In this document: piece by piece, positions 17,507 to 25,450 of the stretch
Layout of the letters: each line of letters begins with the position of its first letter
Numbering within the stretch: position 1 is the first letter of the stretch
Virus record (IMG/VR): IMGVR_UViG_3300049574_000143
Location: 4,358-68,357 of that record
Origin: a virus
Lineage: Duplodnaviria; Caudoviricetes
Length of the DNA: 64,000 nt
Strand: one strand, 5' to 3'
The notes under the pieces: generated by a model
What the model was told of the DNA's origin: nothing
Databases searched by the model: none
The model's input: only the letters and a program-made list of their open reading frames with translations
Position numbers and translations under genes: made by a program

Positions 17507-17696
17507 GGAGAATGCACGGCTCCTTCGCGGCAGCCAGGGTGCAGGTGCAGCTGGGGCCGTAACCGTTCTCTTCGGCGTAGCGGCCGGGTGACCAGTGGTC
17601 TATGTCCATCTGGATTTCGGCCACACGCTCGTCGGATACCGTGCAACACACCAACTTGCACTGGTTCTTGGGGGCTGCCTTCTTACGAGGCGGCAT
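17481..17696 (-). CDS. Hypothetical Cys-rich protein
   Basis: 71 aa; CTC...PC.LHG. Confidence 0.55.
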   Translation of the reverse strand: MPPRKKAAPKNQCKLVCCTVSDERVAEIQMDIDHWSPGRYAEENGYGPSCTCTLAAAKEPCILHGDDLPSR

Positions 17697-17889
17697 CTGA
17701 GCGGAGACCCATGAACAGGTTCTTGCAACCCGGCGGTGGCGTGGTCTTCCACCAGATGGTGTGACCGCGCCCGCAGTTACAGGTGATGATGGGGAACCGG
17801 AGCTTGGCGGAATCCCTAAGGGAGATGGCGCCGGCGATCGGATTCACCTTCGGCCGGACCCATGTCCATTCGTCGCGCTTAGCGCTCAT
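17683..17889 (-). CDS. Hypothetical protein
   Basis: MSAKRDEWTW...CNCG. Confidence 0.5.
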   Translation of the reverse strand: MSAKRDEWTWVRPKVNPIAGAISLRDSAKLRFPIITCNCGRGHTIWWKTTPPPGCKNLFMGLRSDAAS

Positions 17890-18064
17890 CCTCTGGGACA
17901 TCCTCCTCGTCGACGACCTCAACTCCCCAGGAGTACTCCTCGTTTACCAGGTCCTGGCCGATCTCTTTGAGGTCTCTCTCGCTGTATTCAGTTAGGGGGT
18001 CGAGTCGCTCGTAGACTTGCTCGTCTCCGTAGCGACCGGAGATGCTGACCCGGAGGTACTTCAC
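17879..18064 (-). CDS. Hypothetical acidic protein
   Basis: GTGA overlap, coding bias. Confidence 0.6.
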   Translation of the reverse strand: MKYLRVSISGRYGDEQVYERLDPLTEYSERDLKEIGQDLVNEEYSWGVEVVDEEDVPEDER

Positions 18065-18342
18065 TCGATCCAGCCCAGGTTCCTGCACAGAAAGCAGTCC
18101 GGCTGCTCGGCGATGTGATCCTTGAACCAGTTGTCCTTGGGTGCCTTGTCGGTGATGGTCGGCCCGACCGGGACCGGTATCGGCTTCTCACCCCGCGTGC
18201 GTGTCCACCGGAGAAGGAAGAAGCTAAGAATGCCGGCGACACCGTCACCGATACTCCAGGCGACGTTCTGCTGCTTGATCTCCATGGCCATGAGGCACAG
18301 CCACATGAACAGGAAGACCCATTCGATGCGAATCTTCTTCAT
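18061..18342 (-). CDS. Membrane protein
   Basis: Two hydrophobic segments; AAGGAG RBS. Confidence 0.65.
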   Translation of the reverse strand: MKKIRIEWVFLFMWLCLMAMEIKQQNVAWSIGDGVAGILSFFLLRWTRTRGEKPIPVPVGPTITDKAPKDNWFKDHIAEQPDCFLCRNLGWIE

Positions 18343-19220
18343 GGTTTTGCTCCTTGCAACCGGTACGCAGACCGGATCGTTGACAGCGCCTGCCGCTCAC
18401 CACCGTCAAGGCCACACTCCAGGGCGGCGGGGACGAGGTGCTCGGCGGCTACCTCTTCACTGGCGCCGTCCTCGCACATCGAACGAGCTGCCCAGAGAAG
18501 GCAGTTGTTCCGGTTCCCCTCCTGTGCGAAGCGGACGGCGTCAATCAGGCCTTGGTAACTGATGTGGCCAGGCTGAGAAAAGGTGCTCTTCACCCTGGTC
18601 GGCTTCGGCTTCTCTCGGCAGAGTTCGACGAGCCAAGCCGGACAGTCGGCGATGGGGGCGTCGTTCTCGACTACGTACGACCCTTTAGCAGTCGAAGAGC
18701 CAGCCGCCAGAACATACCCGCCTCTTTGGCCGCCGTTGCCGCGTACATCGAGAAGGCCAGGTACAGGCGAAGCCTGCGATGCCTGCACGCCCTCCGGCCA
18801 CCGGAAGTAGCGATGGGCTCCCATCGAAGCAGTGCAGACTCGATAGGTTCGCTCAAGAGCGTTGAAATCCTGAGAGAAACGTTCGCACATCGCTCGCAGA
18901 ACATCGTCTCCGTCGAGGAAAGGTCCGAGTCGCTCATGCAAATACTCCCACGGTCCGCCCTTCAGGATGTCGGGCTCCTTAGCGATGTCACTGTCCAGGA
19001 CCAGCAGCCCCGAGGGCTTGGCGGCGACGCCGACATTGGCGGTCGGCGAATACGTCCACCAGTCGATGACCCTGCCGAGATCATTGGTGGCGACCTCACC
19101 CCACCGGATCCGGTAGTCGGCATCCGGACGGATCCTGTGGGGCAGCTTGTCGCCCGGCTCGACCGGGAAGACATGGAACCCACGCGAGACCGCCTGGGCG
19201 GCGTGCGCGAGGTTGCTCAC
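18339..19220 (-). CDS. Bifunctional DNA primase/polymerase (prim-pol)
   Basis: GFHVFPV..GDK.P, NVGVA, LLVLDSD, G.H.YF, DVRG..GYVLAAGS; C-terminal GNRNNCL (PriCT-like). Confidence 0.9.
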   Translation of the reverse strand: MSNLAHAAQAVSRGFHVFPVEPGDKLPHRIRPDADYRIRWGEVATNDLGRVIDWWTYSPTANVGVAAKPSGLLVLDSDIAKEPDILKGGPWEYLHERLGPFLDGDDVLRAMCERFSQDFNALERTYRVCTASMGAHRYFRWPEGVQASQASPVPGLLDVRGNGGQRGGYVLAAGSSTAKGSYVVENDAPIADCPAWLVELCREKPKPTRVKSTFSQPGHISYQGLIDAVRFAQEGNRNNCLLWAARSMCEDGASEEVAAEHLVPAALECGLDGGERQALSTIRSAYRLQGAKP

Positions 19221-19459
19221 GTCCCTACGGAGGTATCGCCGGCGTACAGCCAGTTGGCCAGGATGAGGGCGTCAGCGGCGTCGACCTCGTAGGTGCCGGC
19301 GGAGCCGTCGCCTTCCGGGTTCCGGCGCCACCTCTTGGCGGCATCCGTAAGGAGCTGGTTGGCGATCTTCCAGGCGTCACGCCGCTCGGCCAGGGCGGTA
19401 AGGGCGTTGTGTTCGGAGCACTGGCAGTCCCGGCACTCCGGGTATGGCCGTTCGGCCAT
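19217..19459 (-). CDS. Hypothetical protein
   Basis: CRDCQC; AGAAGG RBS. Confidence 0.7.
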   Translation of the reverse strand: MAERPYPECRDCQCSEHNALTALAERRDAWKIANQLLTDAAKRWRRNPEGDGSAGTYEVDAADALILANWLYAGDTSVGT

Positions 19460-19575
19460 GGTTCACCTTCTTCAGTTGTGGGGGCCGGGGGCCGTTTGCG
19501 CCTGTCAGGTTGCGTAGTGACGGTCCCCGGCGAAGCAGACGAGCAAAGGGGCCCTATCCCGTCCGCGTTTTGGCA

Positions 19576-19646
19576 CCGGGGGCGGCGGCCGTCACCGCCA
19601 GGTGTCCGGGGTACTTCCCCGGGATCATGTTTTTTGCCGCCCCCGG
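19576..19646. other. Multi-stem structured intergenic element
   Basis: 11-bp outer inverted repeat (19576-86 / 19636-46) enclosing CCGGGG-TACTT-CCCCGG and an overlapping GGCGG..CCGCC stem. Confidence 0.5.
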
Positions 19647-19651
19647 CAGTC

Positions 19652-19915
19652 TCAGAACTCCTCGACGTCGTCCAGGGAGTCCGTGTCGGTGTTCAGGTCG
19701 GCGAGGGCGGCCTGAAGGGCGTCGTACGCCTCCGCCTCGGCCTGCTCCAGCTCGTCCTTGACGGCGGTCAGGGCGTTGGCCTTCTCGGAGGCGACGCGGG
19801 CCTTCTCCTCCAGGTCCACGGCCCGGGTGGCGGCCTTGCGGGCACGGTCGGCGGCGGCTTTCGCCTTCTTGTACTGAGTGAACGGGTTCGGGGTGCGGTT
19901 ACGGGTGTCGCTCAC
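19652..19915 (-). CDS. Coiled-coil hypothetical protein
   Basis: Ala/Lys/Glu-rich heptads. Confidence 0.7.
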   Translation of the reverse strand: MSDTRNRTPNPFTQYKKAKAAADRARKAATRAVDLEEKARVASEKANALTAVKDELEQAEAEAYDALQAALADLNTDTDSLDDVEEF

Positions 19916-19927
19916 GGGTTACGCCTT

Positions 19928-20245
19928 TCAGTTGCCGGTGTTCTCGACCCAGTTGTCGAAGGGGATTTGGTGGCCGGTCTTGGTCTCGACGAAGCAGCCC
20001 GAAAGGGCCTTGTAGCTGGTGGTGACATGCATGCGCTGGCCGCTCTGATGGCAGTCGGCCTGGTCGACAGTCGGCGCGATGTAGCCGACCCCGAAGCCGA
20101 TGAAGCCGAAGATGCCGACGAACATCAGCGCGAAGCTGAAGCCTTCGCCGACGCTGTCCCAGCGGAAGGCGTCCCAGCCGGCGACGATGGCGAGGATCAG
20201 GGACGGGACGGCCAGCCAGAACCAGATCTGGTAGTCACCCATCAC
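19928..20245 (-). CDS. Membrane protein
   Basis: Two TM helices plus C..C. Confidence 0.75.
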   Translation of the reverse strand: MMGDYQIWFWLAVPSLILAIVAGWDAFRWDSVGEGFSFALMFVGIFGFIGFGVGYIAPTVDQADCHQSGQRMHVTTSYKALSGCFVETKTGHQIPFDNWVENTGN

Positions 20246-21045
20246 TGGCCTGCCACGGATGCCCAGATGGCCTCGGCCTGCTGCTGCGTGGCGCCGGGCG
20301 GCAGGGTGATACCGCGCTGCTGGAGGGCCTGCACGAGTCCGGGGTCAACTGGCACCGCAGCAGCAGCCGGCTGGGGTGCGACAGCAGGCGCCCCCGATGG
20401 GGGCTGGGCAGCGGCAGGAGGGGCGTTCCACTGGGCCGCCGGTGCCGCCGGGGGCGGAGCTCCCACGGGGGCGTTCCAGGCAGGCTGGGAAGCCGCAGGA
20501 GTCGGGGGAGCAGCCGGCGAGGCCGCAGGGGGCTGCCACTGCTGCTGCGCAGGCGGGGAAGCAGGGGTCTGCGGGGTCGGGGCATAGCCCGCAGGGGTTC
20601 CCTGGGGGGAGGTCTGCTGCATGGGGTTCGGGGTCGGCCGGAACTGTCCCTGCTGATACGCCCTGTGCACCGGGTCCGCAGCAGCAGCGTCCTGGTCGTT
20701 GAAGTTCTCCAGGATCCATGGCGTGTTCCCGTTCGCGCTGGTGATCTGGTTCAGCCGGCCGAGCACCTGGCCGCCCAGCTCGTTGCGTACAGACCGGGCG
20801 AGATTGCCGAAGAGGCGGGCGCCACTGAAGAACAGCGGCCTGCCGTCGGGGCCCGCCTTGTCGACGACGACGATGTCCACGTCGGCGGCGTCGCTGAGGC
20901 CCTTGGTGGTCTTGATGTTCTCCTGGAAGACCTTCGGGTAGACCAGGAGGAGGCTGCCCTTGTGCTCGTGGGCCTCGAACTTGTCACCCGTGTTGGGTGC
21001 CGAAGGCTGCGAGAACTGGTTGTTGGGCTGTGGCGGGTATGTCAC
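20242..21045 (-). CDS. Putative single-stranded DNA-binding protein
   Basis: Compact beta-rich N-terminal domain plus long Pro/Ala/Gln tail; sits next to the Cas4-like nuclease. Confidence 0.55.
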   Translation of the reverse strand: MTYPPQPNNQFSQPSAPNTGDKFEAHEHKGSLLLVYPKVFQENIKTTKGLSDAADVDIVVVDKAGPDGRPLFFSGARLFGNLARSVRNELGGQVLGRLNQITSANGNTPWILENFNDQDAAAADPVHRAYQQGQFRPTPNPMQQTSPQGTPAGYAPTPQTPASPPAQQQWQPPAASPAAPPTPAASQPAWNAPVGAPPPAAPAAQWNAPPAAAQPPSGAPAVAPQPAAAAVPVDPGLVQALQQRGITLPPGATQQQAEAIWASVAGQ

Positions 21046-21067
21046 GTGACCTTCTATTCAGTTGTGG

Positions 21068-22447
21068 TTAGCGCTTCCCGTTACATCCGCGCGTGATGTC
21101 TCGGGCGTTGGGAAGGTAGAAGGGGCAGAAGCGGCAGTCGTCGGCGACATCGAAATCGGCGGCGACGCGGGCCTTGATCTCAAGGTCGAGTTCAGGCGAC
21201 GGTTCCCGGTCGAGGGAGTACGTCAGGTGCATCTCCGCCTTCCCGGCCTCGACCTGGCCGGCGATTATGTTGACCCGGTCGAAGGCCTCGTCGGCGATGG
21301 CGGGGTTGTAGGGCTCGGTGAAGACGTAGAGGTCGTCCAGGGTGGCTTCATCCCGGGGCCAGGAGATGATCGCTATGTGTTCGATGCGCTCGCCCTTGGC
21401 TCGGGCGCCCTTGGCATACACATGAGCCTGGACCCGGTAAGTAGGAGACGGGCCGGAGGACTTGAGCTTGTTGCGGCTCCAGCGACCCTGGCATTTGTGA
21501 TCGTCCAGCATGAACAGTGTACGGTCAATCAGGTCGGCGGTCCCTTTCGGGACGTACTTGCTGTCGAACTGGAGACGGGTTTCTGTAGCGAAACGACCAG
21601 TGCCAGCGTTAGCCCACAGGAACATCTGCTCCAGGCCTGCGTGTATGCATGTTCCGACGAACGCCGCCCAGCCGTCACCGCCGGGATTGACAGGGGGCAT
21701 CCGCATGAGGGACAGGGCGAGCCGCCGATCACACGGCGTACCCATTTCCGAAGGCCCCATTGTTGCTTGGGCGGATCGGTTGTCCTCTGTCCTTCGGTTG
21801 TCATAGGCGTAGAACAGCTCCTTGAGCCTGGCCGTGAGCTCCTTGCCGAGGTCGGTCATGGGCTCCGCCGGAGCCTCGGACTTCCTGCCCGCTGGCTGAG
21901 AAAAGGCCTGCGCCATAGGCAGGTTGCCCATGTAGTGCCCGCAGCCCTCACCCGGACACTCCGACCCGTCATCCAGGTGGAAGCGTCCAGGCTGGCTAAA
22001 AAGCGTGGGCTCTTCGTACTGAAGATCATTTGGCTGGGAGAACGGGGTCAGGTTAGCCTCAACCTGGGCCTTGAATCTGGCCTGTTGCTCCGCCGACATC
22101 GCGTCGAGCACCGTCGCGTACTCCGTCACTCCCGGGATTACAGGAGGGGCAGAGGCAGTCGAGACACCGTCCGCCGGTGCCGGCGAGGAGGGGGAAGAGG
22201 GCGTCGAAGTAGTCGCAGACGGTGCAGGGTCCGTCGCATCGGCCGGCGATGACTTCGCACATTCCGCAGTCTGGGATGTCGCAGTCTGTTGGGTTGATCC
22301 GCATCCGGCCTCCTGGGGCACGACGGTCTGGCCGTAGTCGCACCAGTCGTCCGTGTGATCGTTCTTGTGTTTCCGGTACTTCTCCGGCTTGGTGGTGTTG
22401 CGCTTCAACTGCTTCTTGCAGCCGGGGCAGCCGATGTAGTCACTCAT
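21068..22447 (-). CDS. Cas4-like PD-(D/E)xK exonuclease with long N-terminal extension
   Basis: PSEMGTPCDRR, GTCIH, GTAD..D, DHK, QAHVY, CRFCPF. Confidence 0.8.
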   Translation of the reverse strand: MSDYIGCPGCKKQLKRNTTKPEKYRKHKNDHTDDWCDYGQTVVPQEAGCGSTQQTATSQTAECAKSSPADATDPAPSATTSTPSSPSSPAPADGVSTASAPPVIPGVTEYATVLDAMSAEQQARFKAQVEANLTPFSQPNDLQYEEPTLFSQPGRFHLDDGSECPGEGCGHYMGNLPMAQAFSQPAGRKSEAPAEPMTDLGKELTARLKELFYAYDNRRTEDNRSAQATMGPSEMGTPCDRRLALSLMRMPPVNPGGDGWAAFVGTCIHAGLEQMFLWANAGTGRFATETRLQFDSKYVPKGTADLIDRTLFMLDDHKCQGRWSRNKLKSSGPSPTYRVQAHVYAKGARAKGERIEHIAIISWPRDEATLDDLYVFTEPYNPAIADEAFDRVNIIAGQVEAGKAEMHLTYSLDREPSPELDLEIKARVAADFDVADDCRFCPFYLPNARDITRGCNGKR

Positions 22448-22886
22448 GGGGCGGCCACCCCCCGAGTTCCTTCTTCATGCGCCGGAAGGGCGGCAGCCTC
22501 AGATACCAGATGCAGCGGAGGAAGAAGAGGGCCTTGTCGCGGGCGTGACCGAGTAGAGAGTTACATGGGCGGCATAGCAGACCGCGCACCTCCCCCGTCG
22601 CGTGGTCATGGTCGACAGAGAGGCGACGGCTCGCGCCTGTAGCACGACGGCACAGGGCGCACAAACCGCCTTGGAATTCGTAGAGTTGAGCATATTCGCC
22701 CTTCTCCAGCCCGTACGTCTGCTGTACGCGCTTCTCGTGATTGGCAGCCTTCCGGCGCCGCACCTCGCCGCGCCAGTGTGTTGTGCACCGCGGCCCGGGG
22801 TTGTTCGCGGGCCGCTTCGGGAGCTTGACGATCGTGCCGTTAGCCAGTTCGGCAAGGCACTCCCGGCAACGCTTTTCAGTTGTCAC
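22440..22886 (-). CDS. Recombination endonuclease VII family protein
   Basis: TYGL...Y..L...Q.GLCALC...LSVDHDHATGEVRGLLCRPCNSLLG. Confidence 0.9.
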   Translation of the reverse strand: MTTEKRCRECLAELANGTIVKLPKRPANNPGPRCTTHWRGEVRRRKAANHEKRVQQTYGLEKGEYAQLYEFQGGLCALCRRATGASRRLSVDHDHATGEVRGLLCRPCNSLLGHARDKALFFLRCIWYLRLPPFRRMKKELGGWPPHE

Positions 22887-22897
22887 GCAGGTAACTC

Positions 22898-23296
22898 CTA
22901 CAGGCCGGCCGCCCTCTTCATGGAGAGGATCATGTCCTCACCGGTGGTCTTGGGGTTGTCGTTGGCCGTGATGATGGCGTGGAAGTCGTCGCTGTCGCCG
23001 GCCATTCCGTCGATCCTCAGCTGCCGGGCGAGGAGTGAGGCCGCCTGGTCGATGAGCAGCCGTACCTCGTTCCGGATGAAGGTGCCGGTCTCGTCGTACG
23101 AGTCGACCAGGTTGGCGTACCTGCAGTGCCTGCCTCCGGTGGCGGCGAGGGTCATGGCGCCGTAGGCGCAGACGGACCCTGCCTCGCCGGCCCAGCGAGT
23201 GTTCGAGTGCCCCTCGGGGATCACGAATGCGCCGGTCGCCTTACCTCGCTCCGACATCGTCTCGGCTGCCTTGATCAGCAGTTCCTGGGGATTCAT
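22898..23296 (-). CDS. Hypothetical protein (DUF6197-like)
   Basis: KAAETM..RG...G.VCAYGAM...ND...T.EDMI; paralogue of 9051..9398. Confidence 0.6.
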   Translation of the reverse strand: MNPQELLIKAAETMSERGKATGAFVIPEGHSNTRWAGEAGSVCAYGAMTLAATGGRHCRYANLVDSYDETGTFIRNEVRLLIDQAASLLARQLRIDGMAGDSDDFHAIITANDNPKTTGEDMILSMKRAAGL

Positions 23297-23400
23297 TTCG
23301 TGTAGCTCCCTTTCGGCTTGTGGCGGCAGTCGCAGCCGCAGTTCTTCGGATGGTTCTTGCGCTTGCCGTCGGCGGCGTCCGCGCACTTCTTGCAGATCAC
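23293..23400 (-). CDS. Small Cys-rich protein
   Basis: ICKKC...H...CGCDCRH; GTGA overlap. Confidence 0.55.
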   Translation of the reverse strand: MICKKCADAADGKRKNHPKNCGCDCRHKPKGSYTK

Positions 23401-23819
23401 GGTGCGCCCTGCTCCCTGGCGAGCTGGGCGATCTCCCGCTCCAGCTCCTCGATCCGGCGTTCCGTCTTCGGCTTCCCGACCTTGGCGATGTCCGGGTTGC
23501 AGTAGCCGACGAGCAGGTTCCACGCCCGGCGGATGGCGATTCCGAGGGGGATGAACTCCCACAGGAACGCCACCATCAGCTGCGTACCGCAGTCGCATTT
23601 GCCGTAGTACGTCCCCTTTAGGGGTCGACTGCTGAGGTCATCGTAGGAGTAGTAGTCGACTCTCGCCTCTTTGCCGCTACAGAAGGAGCCGTGCGCCCCC
23701 GGGGCCGGCCGGCGATCCCTGCGAGCCAACTCGTTGCGAATGTGGAACATGCGCACAGTCTTGAAGAAGCCGGCGAAGTGCAGGGCGATGATGACGGGAG
23801 GGAGGACGGCCGCTATCAC
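23397..23819 (-). CDS. Membrane protein
   Basis: Hydrophobic ends, CDCG, C-terminal coiled coil. Confidence 0.6.
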   Translation of the reverse strand: MIAAVLPPVIIALHFAGFFKTVRMFHIRNELARRDRRPAPGAHGSFCSGKEARVDYYSYDDLSSRPLKGTYYGKCDCGTQLMVAFLWEFIPLGIAIRRAWNLLVGYCNPDIAKVGKPKTERRIEELEREIAQLAREQGAP

Positions 23820-24115
23820 GAGTGGTCATCCCCCTTCAGCCGATTCGAGGCGTACAGCTCCCTCATCAGCGACAGGTTCTGGCCGGTGATCGTCCAGTCG
23901 GTGTCCATAAGCGGGGCGAGGCGCTTCCCGTGGTGGTGGCAGAGCGCCAGCTCCAGTTCCGCCTTCCGCAGATGCTGAAGCAGGTAAAGGGCGCCGGCGG
24001 AGCAGCGGTCGCAGCGGTCGGCGGCCGTGAGGACGTCCGGGATATCCGACGCTTCCACTTCCGCCAGCTCCTTACCGGACGGGTGACGGGCGATGGCGGA
24101 TTCAGTGGCGTTCAT
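23816..24115 (-). CDS. Zn-finger-like hypothetical protein
   Basis: LTAADRCDRCSAGA...LCHHH. Confidence 0.7.
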   Translation of the reverse strand: MNATESAIARHPSGKELAEVEASDIPDVLTAADRCDRCSAGALYLLQHLRKAELELALCHHHGKRLAPLMDTDWTITGQNLSLMRELYASNRLKGDDHS

Positions 24116-24117
24116 GG

Positions 24118-24342
24118 TCAGCTCCAGACGGGGATGCATTCACGGGAGTCGTACCGATTCCCCCCGGGGTCGACCCACGGGCGAAAGGAATGGTGGCCCT
24201 TCGGGCGGGGCCGAAACTTTACGCTGACGCCGGTCTCTTCGGCGATGATGACGGCGCCCTTGGCGGCGGCACGGACCAGTGACTGCGTCCACTGCCGGCC
24301 CTTCTTGCCGGTTATGAAATTGGGTACCTTGCACTGACCCAT
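24118..24342 (-). CDS. Hypothetical basic protein
   Basis: TGATG overlap with the upstream gene. Confidence 0.5.
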   Translation of the reverse strand: MGQCKVPNFITGKKGRQWTQSLVRAAAKGAVIIAEETGVSVKFRPRPKGHHSFRPWVDPGGNRYDSRECIPVWS

Positions 24343-24608
24343 CAGTCTCGCCACCAGAGTTCGTCGTCGTCGGTACGGTCCATGTGGCCACCGGTATTCC
24401 ACAGCACGGTGACCACCCTCTTCTGTTTCGGGTTGACGGCGAGGGTGAGGCGCCCCCGCGACCAGAGCTCGACGTCTGGATTGGTGGAGTCGCAGGTCTT
24501 CTTCCTGCCCTCCGGATCTGCCAGGGTCAAACCTATGAGCTCACCATCAACTGCCATATCGAGGGCGCGATGTATGGCATGCTGCGTCATTTCCCAGCCG
24601 TCGAGCAT
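24342..24608 (-). CDS. DUF4258/RelE-like small protein
   Basis: MTQHAIHRALD...L.LAVN....VVTVL pattern. Confidence 0.5.
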   Translation of the reverse strand: MLDGWEMTQHAIHRALDMAVDGELIGLTLADPEGRKKTCDSTNPDVELWSRGRLTLAVNPKQKRVVTVLWNTGGHMDRTDDDELWWRD

Positions 24609-24609
24609 G

Positions 24610-24750
24610 TCAATGCCTCGCTGCCTCGAACTCGGCATGATGGCCGCGGCACTTGTATTCGTCATCCCCGCTCGAAGGGGCCGGAAATGACGTGCGCTCA
24701 CGATGCTCCCGAGCAGCCTGAACAACCTTCTCGAACTCGGCATCAGTCAT
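24610..24750 (-). CDS. Small hypothetical protein (46 aa)
   Basis: Manual translation MTDAEFEKVVQAAREH...HAEFEAARH; ATGA overlap. Confidence 0.5.
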   Translation of the reverse strand: MTDAEFEKVVQAAREHRERTSFPAPSSGDDEYKCRGHHAEFEAARH

Positions 24751-24932
24751 GACGGCCCGACCTCCTCAGAGATAGGAGTGATGGATTCGCGACGGACACC
24801 ACGAAGAGTTTCGCCGTCCCAGTTAACAAGGACGAATCGACCGTCCTCCATGACGTCATCCACGATGTATTCCTCGTGCATGTCGACGATAGAGCCGTGG
24901 TATTTGACCAGGCTTGCGATGGGAACGTCCAT
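24747..24932 (-). CDS. Hypothetical protein
   Basis: MDVPIASLVKYHGS..., SH3-like beta pattern. Confidence 0.55.
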   Translation of the reverse strand: MDVPIASLVKYHGSIVDMHEEYIVDDVMEDGRFVLVNWDGETLRGVRRESITPISEEVGPS

Positions 24933-25450
24933 GCCAACTCCAAGTGACAGGGGGGTGGGGATTGAGCGGAGGAAGGAGAGCCCCGGTCCGGTATCAAGGC
25001 GCACGGGATTGTGCAGAGTGTCCAGCTCTTCCCTTGGTGAGGACCGGGGCAGTATTTGGCCCCCGGCGCCGCAAACCATCCAAGAAGGCGGCGCCGGGGG
25101 TTGGCCGCTGCAACTCCAGCCGTCACAGCAGGAGGAGCGGCTATTTCCCCGGCCAGGTAGGAGCCGGGGAGTCTACGTTCTGCCGGTCGGGTTGTTCACG
25201 GGTACTCCGACCCCTGTCTCGGGGCTCCTGAACAGTGGCCTTCCGGCACGCCGAAGCTCCTCAACGGCGTGAGCACGCATAAGGTCCGCTGCAACCTCTA
25301 CGATGATCGGTCGTTGATCACAGCGTGTTGATGTACGATGTCCTGCGAAACCGCAGGTCAGAGGGGCTAACAATTACTTCCGGCATGTCAGCATCCGGCG
25401 TAGTATGTCCGCATCTGTCCTGCTTTGCCCTGGACAGAGAGTGACGAACG

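Noticed and set aside
21068-22447. Cas4-like gene as evidence of a CRISPR system
   Set aside because: Stand-alone Cas4-like nucleases are common in phage recombination modules; no cas1/cas2 or array here.
24625-24743. 14-bp direct repeat CTCGAACTCGGCAT as an operator pair
   Set aside because: Both copies fall in frame within a 46-aa ORF, encoding AEFE twice; a coding explanation suffices.
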